Shown: positions 53,372 to 64,000 of the stretch, in pieces | Numbering within the stretch: the stretch's first letter is position 1 | Layout: the number at the start of each line of letters is the position of its first letter | Assembly: GCA_964016885.1 (NCBI GenBank) | Contig: OZ024755.1 | Span: forward strand, 28,396,001 to 28,460,000 | DNA length: 64,000 nucleotides | Direction: 5' to 3' | Source: Eledone cirrhosa | Lineage: Eukaryota | Position numbers and translations under genes: made by a program | Notes under the pieces: generated by a model | The model's input: the letters and a program-made list of their open reading frames with translations, nothing else | Database searches by the model: none | What the model was told of the DNA's origin: nothing

Positions 53372-54037
53372 AGGGCGGCAGAGCGTCACCATTCCCTTGC
53401 AGCATAGAATTAAGGCCCTTTACGTTCTGGTTTTAAATCCCGCCGAGGTTAGCTTTGCCTTTCATCTTTACGGGGTCGATAAAATAGGGCAACAGTAATG
53501 CCCCGGGGTAATTGCTGACCTTGTGCCTAAAGTAGAAACAATTATTTAAGAGGTATTTTGAAAATAAATTGGCTGTGATTTCCAGCCTGTTAACACGTCT
53601 ATGTAGACGACTACATTCATGTCACGTGATATCGCCTTGGACATTTTAAGCAGTGAACTTAGAATAAGGTTTATGCTGTTATTAAACCTCCTTCACTCCC
53701 ACCAAGCGTACAAGTGTGTACTATTGGCCCTTCCATTTTGTTTCTTCTTTTTAACTAAAATATTTATACTCTGCATTGTATTGAGTCCTTTACTTACTGT
53801 GGTTACCCCGAATTGAATATATGTTAGCTATAACTATGTATAGCATATAACTATGTTTGTCTGTGGCTAGCTTGGCTATCGGTAGAGGGTCGGACGCCAT
53901 GCTTTGAAGCATAGAGTTACCTCCCTGTATGATCTGAGTTCAAATCCCTCCGAGGTTAACTTTGCCTTTCGGGGTCGATAAAATAAAGTACCAGTAATGC
54001 ACTGGGTAATTGCTGGCCTTGTGCCAAAAGTAGAAAC

Positions 54038-54041
<4 letters not shown>
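53372..54041 (+). mobile_element. Two Meta-domain SINEs (53372-53545, 53872-54041) and a family B tail stub (53755-53820)
   Basis: Consensus matches. Confidence 0.75.
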
Positions 54042-54119
<78 letters not shown>

Positions 54120-54439
54120 ATATATCTGTATATTAGGAAAAGAAATTGAAAATGCAACTAGAGTCTTTTAAGAATATTTATTCATTTACTTTACCGGCTT
54201 CACAGTTCTTATGGTTTTCAAAAGTAAAATTGAGATGGCGAGTTTGTGTTTTTGTTGTGTTTCTACTCTCTTTCTCTCTCGCTTTCTCTCTCTCGCTTTC
54301 TCTCTCTCTCTCTCTCACTCTCTCTCTCTCACTCTCTCTCTCTATCTCTCTCGCTGCAGACACAAACAATACAGCGTGTTCTTTGTTATATGCTAAGTTT
54401 GATGCAAGGAGATTTGCTTCTGACATTTGGAAGCCTCTC

Positions 54440-54760
54440 GACTCAGATGAGGTTAATGATTGTGATGTTTAGTTTAAATCCTTCCCGTTCGACTTCTACG
54501 TTAAAGACATGTTGGTGGAGAGACTTCAAATGTGGCGAAGTTGGGCCGATAAATAATTGTAGGTACTGTACATTGCGAGGTTCGAGGGAGTGTTGGACAC
54601 AGTGTAGGTGATATGACGAGAAGAAAGGAGTTTAGCTACACTCCGTGGGTGAAGAGGATATGAGTTTGGCCAGATATGTGGAGAAGATGCAATTGCAGAA
54701 GCGCCAAACAAGGCAGAGAAAGGAAATGTGTTAGTCAATGGCGTTACACAAACCAGAGGA
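54440..54760 (-). mobile_element. Decayed CR1/Jockey-group LINE C-terminus
   Basis: Minus-strand ISFLCLVWRFCN...YLQLFIGPTSPHLKSLHQHVF...FKLNI resembles SLCLFYRY..F..RTSxLWNSLP..F..FK. Confidence 0.45.
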
Positions 54761-54932
54761 GTGATATTGAGACATATTTAAATTATATCTCAGCGAAGAA
54801 ACAGATTCGAAGGTAGATAAACAGTAACTGATAAACGTTAAATCTCCGCGGAGTAATGACATTTCATTTTCTAAGAAATTGACATAGGAAATAGACATTT
54901 GATCGGTCGATCAAGATAGACAGATAGATATA

Positions 54933-55321
54933 TGGCAGTATCGGTAGAGAGTCGGACACCATGCTTTGAAGCATAGAGTTACGTCCCTTTATGATCTGAG
55001 TTCAAATCCCGCCGAGGTTAACTTTGCCTTTCATCCTTACGGGGTCGATAAAATAAAGTACCAGTAATGCACTGGGTAATTGCTGGCCTTGTGCCAAATG
55101 TAGAAACAATTATATCTATCTGTTATATAGGGCGGTGGATTGGCAGTATCGGTAGAGGGTCGGACGCCATGCTTTGACGCATAGAGTTACGGCCCTTGCC
55201 ATTCTGAGTTCAAATCCCGCCGAGGTTGACTTTGCCTTTCATCCTTACGGGGGTCGATAAAATAAAGTACCAGTAATGTACTGGTGAATTGCTGGCCTTG
55301 TGCCAATAGTAGAAACAATTA
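54933..55321 (+). mobile_element. Two tandem Meta-domain SINEs
   Basis: Both end agaaacaattatatctatctgttatata. Confidence 0.85.
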
Positions 55322-55461
55322 TATCTATCTGTTATATACGTGTGTTGTGTTGGAGTAAATAACTATGTGTATACTCTGGGAATGTATCTTACATTGCCCA
55401 TTGAGTGCGCTGAGATACAACCGGTACCGGCATTGATAAAAATGCTGGGTCCGTCAACCCT

Positions 55462-55504
<43 letters not shown>

Positions 55505-55511
<7 letters not shown>

Positions 55512-55900
55512 GTGAGGTTTTTTTTACAAAATGAAAAATAACCGAGGTGTCCTACACGAGTGAAAGTATAAAGAAAAAGAGATGAAATCGAAAATGCAAC
55601 TGGAGTCTTTTTTTTTTTTTTTTTAAATATATAAATTTATTTGGTTCCTTTACCGGTTTCTCAGTTCTTCTGCTTTTCAAAAGTAGAGTTGAGATGGAGG
55701 GTCTGTGGTTTTTCTCACATCTCCAGATGTGAGAGACATACATCTCCAGATGTGAGAAAAACCACAGACCCTCCATCTCAACTCTACTTTTGAAAAGCAG
55801 AAGAACTGCCAAACCGGTAAAGGAACCAAATAAATATATATATTTAAAAAAAAAAAAAATAAGACTCCAGTTGCATTTTCGATTTCATCTCTTTTTCTAT
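55505..55900. mobile_element. Near-perfect 150-bp fold-back insert in (TA)n
   Basis: 55572-55722 is inverted at 55748-55897. The minus arm has cagaaga-actga-gaaac-cg-gta. An older relative lies at 54135-54265. Confidence 0.7.
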
Positions 55901-55904
55901 ATAC

Positions 55905-55950
<46 letters not shown>

Positions 55951-56102
55951 GAGATGCTTTATGTGTTCACTAGATGCTTTATTTATTGTTGGTTTTGGGT
56001 TACGTGTGCATTATTTATATATAGGACATTCAACGATTGTTTGCATCGGTTCAGCGTGTCTACGTTTGTTGGTTTTACTTGCTTTCTTACATATATACAT
56101 TC

Positions 56103-56133
<31 letters not shown>

Positions 56134-56137
56134 TACA

Positions 56138-56252
<115 letters not shown>

Positions 56253-56259
56253 GTACATA

Positions 56260-56416
56260 TTAATTATTAGTACAAATTACAATGTTAAACAGTAAATGTT
56301 GGTCTTTGTGTATATTAGTACTAAATGTATATATATATATGTATATATATAGTACGATATATATAGTACTATATATATAGTACTATATATAGTACTATAT
56401 ATATAGTACTATATAT

Positions 56417-56465
<49 letters not shown>

Positions 56466-56518
56466 TTATTAGTACAAATTACAATGTTAAACAGTAAATG
56501 TTGGTCTTTGTGTATATT

Positions 56519-56554
<36 letters not shown>

Positions 56555-56612
56555 TATTAGTACGAATACAAAGTTAAACAGTAAATGTTGGTCTTTGTGT
56601 ATATTATTACTA
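56260..56612. repeat. Three copies of a 63-bp unit separated by (TA)n
   Basis: aattattagtacaaattacaatgttaaacagtaaatgttggtctttgtgtatattagtacta at about 56262, 56464 and 56552. Confidence 0.9.
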
Positions 56613-57164
56613 TATATGTAAATATATATATATAATTTAATTAAATTAACAGGGGGTCAGACTGGTAAAGTTACTTTAAAGTTTTAATGTTGAAAGACAC
56701 TATACATATTTAATGGTTACGTAATATCCTAGCGACATCATCAGGTTTGGATTGCATAATTAGTTAATCAATAAAGGAATTAGGGAAACCCCAGACATAG
56801 CACTAAGAAAATTTAGGCAATATTTGATTCGGAGATAGCCCGCGATATAAGTGTTTTGGTGCTGAAGAACATTTCCAAAGCTTGTCAATGCAAAGCATTT
56901 CGGGTTTGGTAGTCACGACCAAGATGGATGTGGGGCTTGTCTGGTGGTGACATACACCCTGCTGTTATAGATACTACTATGCCGTTAATCATAGCCACCC
57001 GGCCCACAGCAATAGAGGTGAGAGACATACATCCTGCTGTCGAACTTTTTCCAAAGAATTTTTCATTACAACGAATCTTTTTTACACCTCTTTAATTTCG
57101 TTAAAACGGAATTTCCCTATATTTATATATATATATATATGTGTGTGTGTGTATGCATGTATGT

Positions 57165-57290
57165 GAAAGGTAAACAGAAAACACAATCGGTACAGTATAT
57201 GGAAGGTATATATTAGGTTAACGCTTGATATATCAGGAAGTGGGTATCGGACCCTAGTCCTTCATCAGAAGAAAGAATGAGAAATAAGAT
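57165..57290 (-). mobile_element. Older PLE-type end with decayed hammerhead
   Basis: CTGATGA-aggac tagg gtcc-GATAC (GAAAC mutated). Confidence 0.45.
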
Positions 57291-57657
57291 AGATTGAAGG
57301 GCCGGGCTGGTTGGAATTGGAAAAAATGTCTTTAGATAAAAATAACAGGTCCCAGTGTGTTTATGTGTGAGTGTGTGTGTGTAAATAAGAGTAGAAAGTA
57401 GAAAGGTCGACCTTGTAAATGATACGCCACGAATTATTTAAGATGAATAACTCTAATCTGCAAATCATGGTCCTCGACGTTCTACCGTTTTTTGCAATCC
57501 ACTGCCCTAACCTACTTCTAAAATAATACAATTCAGTGGCATAGATCAGATTAATAGGATACTCCTACAAATATTTTATCGTGCTGCCGTTTTAGAAAAT
57601 ATATTTCATCAGCTGCGCTTTCTGGATCTAAATTTGAAAAAATGGACATTATAATTT

Positions 57658-57765
57658 AATCCCGCCGAGGTTGACTTTGCCTTTCATCCTTACGGGGTCG
57701 ATAAAATAAAGTACCAGTAATGCACTGGGTAATTGCTGGCCTTGTGTCTAACGTAGAAACAATTA
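57658..57765 (+). mobile_element. 5'-truncated Meta-domain SINE
   Basis: Consensus 3' half; attataatttaat on both flanks (TSD-like). Confidence 0.85.
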
Positions 57766-58881
57766 TAATTTAATTTGAATAATTTTTCATTTCATTGAAA
57801 AGAATATTAAACCATTAAAGTGAGGATTTTACGAGCAACTAATAATATCTATTAATTGACCCTTCCTTAATGCACGATCGTTTGCCTTCCATCGTATCTC
57901 TTTGACCTTGCTCGTTGAATCTTCTAGCCTCCGTGAGAAGGCGGTAACACGTACATTGGAAATCACTGGAACAATATTTTAAACATGGCAGACATGATCA
58001 ATTTAGATTTTTTCAAGAATTTTCTTGTTTCGAACAAAAACTGTCTTTTTTCATTTTCATCATCTCAAAATAACACGAACAAAGATACATTTATATTCGT
58101 TACTTTGGCACGTAATGATCACACACTCACCGGCAGCTTGTCATTGGCAATAAATTCGGTTCGTTTTTACAAATGCACAATAGTGTCAGGTGGCAAATTG
58201 TTCAATATTATCTTTCGTAAATAAGCTATTTTGAATCGTCATAATAGAATTGAGATATTAACACAACAAATATTAAATGTGAAATAAAAGACGAAGTAAA
58301 GTATCTTCTGAAAAACAGATCCAAAAATATTTGCTGTATGTTATGATTTACTGATTGTGAAAAGATAAAGCAAAACGACAGCTGCACTGAAAACAACATT
58401 TAAAAATGTCAGAGTGGGATTGCATGAGCCGAAACAGCGCTATGTTATCCTTATATAGACTAACGTCAGAACTAAAATATATCGAAAGTTCTGAACGAAG
58501 ATAAGTATATTTAGCTTTAAACCTAGTTGTGTTGCTTTAAATGTTCTCTCTTTTTAGGTTAGGTTATTTTAGGCATTTTCTATATTGATGTAAAAAAGCA
58601 ATAAATCAATACAATCTGGAGAAGTATTGTAAATAAAAGCCTATATTCTGATATATTCTGTCTATATCACTTAATATTTCTTACATGTTGTGTAATACAT
58701 GGGTTTTTTTTTTTCGTTATTTAATTCTTCGTTGATTTTCTTTTACTATGAATGTCTCTGATATTCGATAAAGCTAATTTTAAGAAAGAGTGCGATAAGT
58801 TATGTGATTGATAAATTGTACAGTCAGCAAAAACACCTATATATATATATATATATATATATATAGATGTGTGTGTATATA

Positions 58882-58980
<99 letters not shown>

Positions 58981-59020
58981 ACATGTCTCTCTATATATAT
59001 ATACATATGTATATATATAC

Positions 59021-59122
<102 letters not shown>

Positions 59123-59187
59123 GTCTCTCTCTATATATAGACATATGTATATGTATATATATGTCTCTCTCTATATATAGACATATG

Positions 59188-59235
<48 letters not shown>

Positions 59236-59384
59236 TCTCTCTATATATAGACATATGTATATATATATACATATATGTCTCTCTCTATATATAGACATAC
59301 GTATATATATATATGTATGTCTCTCTCTATATATAGACATATGTATATATATATATATGTATGTCTCTCTCTCTATATATAGAC

Positions 59385-59448
<64 letters not shown>

Positions 59449-59466
59449 CTCTCTCTATTTATAGAC

Positions 59467-59545
<79 letters not shown>

Positions 59546-59606
59546 CATATATATGTATGTATATACATATATATGTATGTATATACATATATATGTATGT
59601 ATGTGC

Positions 59607-59680
<74 letters not shown>

Positions 59681-60672
59681 CGGTATGATGTCTGTTTGAT
59701 AAACAGGTGAACGCAAGCAAGAACACTGCACTTCAATTGTATCTATCCAGGATAAAAGTGGCGATCGAACCTATGAGAATTACCATGTATGTAATAAGCA
59801 AGACAAAAGTTACGTAATCCTTTTTATTATAAGTATCTCTTTGACACGAGCATTGAGCTGTTATACGATCGTTACAACAGACACCTACGCAAGTGTGACG
59901 ACACCTGAGGTTAACACAAATATATGAGTGGGATGACGTGTTTTAGGCTAACGTTATCATCTTTGCGAAACATAATTGCATTAACATCTGATGACGTCAA
60001 ACAGTTACCGGTTACTGTTGCAACGATCGTATATATAACAGCTCGATGCTGGTGTCACAGAAATACGCATAATAAATATGATTATCTAACCTCCTCTGCC
60101 TTAACGTTTATCTCATTTATACATACAATAAGGATAATAGCAAAGCTCAGATGTAGAAGTTGAAAATTCCTTGCTTCATAAAGCTGTGATAGGTATTTCA
60201 TAGCTACGTGATGTTTCGATCGCATAACATGTAACGCAATATTATCACACAGCATCTTATACGATAACTTTATGTTTCCAATGCCATACAATCTGAAACC
60301 AAGGGAGCCGACCAATATGGTGTTTCAATTAACACACCACAGAAAGACAAAGACAAGAGAAAAATGATAGAGAAACTAGAGCTGGAGGCGAAGTCGAAGT
60401 CAGGATGAGATAGCGAGAACCAAATGTAATTGATTACTGAATGCGTGATGAAAGAGCTTTAGCAATTACGTAAATATTTCATTGGTTGTTTAAGCAACCG
60501 ATGAATTAATTTCCTGATTAAGAATATTACACTGAAGTGAAACTTAACTATTGACTATATCCCATAATTTATTTTGTCCATGCTGTTGTTGATGTGGTAA
60601 GGTTGTATATGTCCCTTATTATCAACACGTATCATTCACTACCATCTCTGGCGTGATATTTCTTTTCATTAA

Positions 60673-60893
60673 CCCTTTAGCATTTAAGCCGATCGTATCC
60701 GGCCAGGATTCTCTCACCTCTTTTTGTTCAAACCGGCTGTAACTAGCCACTCATACTTATGTTAAGGTGTTGTTCTCAAAATAAATAATATCACAATCTC
60801 CTCGATTCGATATTATGTGAGATAATTATGTGAGATAAAGCCTTTCTCGTGAGAATACAATAGTAAGTATAGAGTAATGTAAATGCTAAAAGG
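60673..60893. mobile_element. piggyBac-type MITE
   Basis: TTAA|ccctttagcattta ... taaatgctaaaagg|TTAA: 14-bp TIR with one mismatch and a TTAA TSD. Confidence 0.75.
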
Positions 60894-61839
60894 TTAAGAA
60901 AAGAAAGATGCAGCGTTGGGAATCGTGGTAGCGTTTACTTTAACAGGAGATGGGATTTAAACTGAGAATGTACTGAACGACCATAAAATCAAAACCAATT
61001 TCATAAACCCGGAAAAACACTGCCCTAACATTTGTAATATATTAATCGACTCGACGGCAACGAGATGGAAAGCAAAGTTCATACCGGCAGTATTAGGAAT
61101 TAGGTTGTGAGAAGTTGGAACAAATACCGAATCACTGAACCTTCCGTTCTAACGACTTGATATCTAAACTATAATAAAGGAAGGTCTGCGGGATTGCGTA
61201 CGGTTTATTTTTTTTTATATCCGTTTGTAAAATAAGTTGGATTACTTTGTATAAATAATGAATAAATATTACATAATTTATCTACTAAATTTCGTGGCTG
61301 TTGATTAAATATATTTTGTTTATTTAAAGATTCACTTCTTTAAAATTTCTGAAATGTCAACACTTCCGGTTGGCTCTCCCTTAAATAAACATATTAATTT
61401 TCTGTCACTAATTTTCTCCTAATGCAGTTTATATATAATATCGTCTTTTTTAATGTACCATGGATTACGTTACTGATTACATAAGACAGTGTAACGCAGT
61501 CTTCGCTCAATTTCTATGTATTATATATTGTCAATTACGATATTATTTGATGTATCATATCTACATGTATATATACCTGCGTATAATATCAATATACACA
61601 CATACTAGCAGAAAACCACCCGAGGGGTGGTTTTTCTGCTAGTATTTCATAATATACCTTAAACTGAATTATCCTATCCCATGAAACAGCAAATTAATGT
61701 CGCAAACATTAGGCCCAGATTTCTACACCATTGCAAGACATCTTTGGCAATTAACATTTACCATAGCTTCGGGGTCGAATCCTGCCTTCTGAATGAAAGC
61801 AGGCTGACGGAAATTATATGGAAGTCCGTTAAATCGACT

Positions 61840-61980
61840 CTATCTTTAATTTAAAGGGCTACTTTTGCCACACGTTGCGCCCCTCTAAGGCTCTGCAATT
61901 TACACGCTAATGTTCAGAGTAGGCTGTTCAATTGATAGAACAATTAGAAAACTCATCTTCACAACTAGCAGTGAGCCTTT
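61840..61980 (+). mobile_element. Old SINE 3' half related to 39070-39220
   Basis: Weak similarity (aagggct.., ag.aggctgttc..ttgat.gaa). Confidence 0.35.
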
Positions 61981-63081
61981 CCATCATTCTATACGTCGTT
62001 CCATATTTAACATATGAAGTGTGTGATTTGGAGTAGAGTTGAGTTCTATTACGGCTACTAGTGCTAGTTGATTGAGCGAGCTCATATAAATCTTCCTATT
62101 TGCTAGAGAAATCCCCACAAGTTACTGATAGGTAACACTCTTCTACTCCTATTAGCACTCGTTCTCATTCTCTCATTCACAACATTACGGAATGTCAGTG
62201 TTCGATTAATGAAAATCGAAGCCTTACATGTAAGTAGGCAAACAAGCACCGACTATCAAGCAGAAAAAGTATATCATTTATCTTTTAACACTCTCACAGA
62301 CATAGAAACACTTAGACTAACATATAAACATGCAACTACACACAAAAACATACATAATCACTACATTACATACATGCGTATAATACTCCACATATACGCA
62401 CATAGATGCATGTGTACATGTGTACATATAAAGATATATACACTACGAATAGTAGAACTAAACACATAACAACAGAAATATGATCGAGAGATATCGATTT
62501 TATTATCGACATGGGAAATCCACATGAAGATGAAAGGAAGGTGTGTTTATATTTGCGTGTGTGTGTGTGTGTGTGTTTGTAAACATATATGTATGTACGT
62601 ATACAAACACACGGGCACACTCATAGAAACACAAACATATACAGAACATATATATGTCTGTCTGTCTGTGTGTGTGTGTGTGTGTGCGCCTTAGTGAGAG
62701 CAGTAGAATGATAGTGGAATCGTGTGGCAGTGTGGGGAAACCCCCTTGTCGAGATGTAAATGAGCTGATCAAGGACGCAGTGAATTGTGTTATAAGATAA
62801 AGAGACAGGTAGTCAGTCAGTCAGTCAATCAGTCAGATAACAGTGGGAGGTGAGAGAGGGAGAGAGAGAGAGAGAGAGAGATGTGAGATAGAGAGAAGGG
62901 GCGGGGGGGGTGTAGATGCTGGTGGTGTGGTGGTGGTGGTGGTGGTGGTGGTGGTGGTGGTGGTGGTGGTGGTGTTTTGAAAGGGAGCGAGATGTAGAAA
63001 AGTACATGAAAGAGAAACACGTTCAGACGAGAAAAAAACCGTATGCTTGGAAAATCACACACACGCACGCACACATACGCC

Positions 63082-63164
<83 letters not shown>

Positions 63165-63382
63165 TTGGAAGTGTACGAGTGCATATGTATGAGTCTGTGC
63201 ATGATTATACATATATGTTTGAATATATATATATATATATAGTCATACATATATATATGTTCATGCACACACTCATATATATATATATATATAAAATTAC
63301 ACACACAAACACAAACACACACACACAAATATATATATATATATATAAAATTACACACACCAACCCACACACACACACACAA

Positions 63383-63414
<32 letters not shown>

Positions 63415-63524
63415 TTGTGTGTGCGTGTGTGTGTCTGTTTGTATGTGTGTGAGTGTGTGTGTGTGTTTCTACAGATACAAACGCCAGGAACAGAGATAAT
63501 GGGTTGTTGGCGAAGTGGTATGAA

Positions 63525-63563
<39 letters not shown>

Positions 63564-63847
63564 GAGAGAGAGATAGAGAGAGAGAGAGGGTAAGCAAAGA
63601 GAAAGAGAGAACGAGAAGGAATGAAGGAAAGACGAAATAGGTTACGTTTTTTTTTTTCTTTCTTTTCATTCACCTATTTGAACGCAACATCGCATTTGCA
63701 CGTTAAATTGTGTGTGCGTTCATATAACACACACCTGCAGACATTTATTTATATATGCATATACAAACATACACACACTTACATACATACTCAGTTAAAC
63801 TCACACACACATGTATGTATATATATATACATATATATATATATGCA

Positions 63848-63942
63848 TAACGAAAGAGTTGTGGTAAGGAACTAGATGGACCATAACGCACCAGAGTACT
63901 CAATACTTAGGGTAGTAGAGTGGGTAATAGGAAAATATATTT

Positions 63943-63947
<5 letters not shown>
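63848..63947 (-). mobile_element. Family A long-arm fragment in (TA)n
   Basis: ggaccataacgcaccagagtactcaatacttagggtagtagagtgggtaatagg. Confidence 0.8.

Positions 63948-64000
<53 letters not shown>

Noticed and set aside
57840-57965. Possible minus-strand exon after ttccag
   Set aside because: The short frame resembles no domain I recognise, and no partner exons were found.
59988-60030. ctgatga followed by a hairpin (also 56735 minus and 51806)
   Set aside because: No GAAA or NUH half, so it cannot be called a hammerhead. The TGACGTCA word alone is not evidence of regulation.

Overview
This is AT-rich, microsatellite-saturated animal DNA, intergenic or intronic. The SINE repertoire suggests an octopod cephalopod (inference). 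There is a 200-N gap at 9452-9651. No host protein-coding exon could be supported: almost all listed ORFs are read-throughs of simple repeats. Recognisable coding remnants are non-LTR retrotransposons: RTE reverse transcriptase at 16250-18000 and 49989-51619, plus C-terminal fragments of CRE, Tx1/L1, Ingi/Vingi, CR1/Jockey-like and zinc-finger RTE elements. About 25 Meta-domain SINE copies and several other tRNA-SINEs are present. The main signal is a swarm of 60-650 bp inserts inside (TA)n tracts, from roughly ten sequence families. Many carry type I hammerhead ribozyme folds (CUGANGA-stem II-GAAA-stem III-NUH, with stem I). They are often inserted as fold-back pairs with one long and one short arm, and they share a TGAGTRC-like motif near the long-arm end. 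They look like terminal repeats of Penelope-like elements or non-autonomous ribozyme retroelements that target (TA)n. One family consistently has a variant CAGAAGA core. Each retroelement class appears to prefer a different microsatellite. All calls come from reading the sequence by eye; no searches or folding programs were run.
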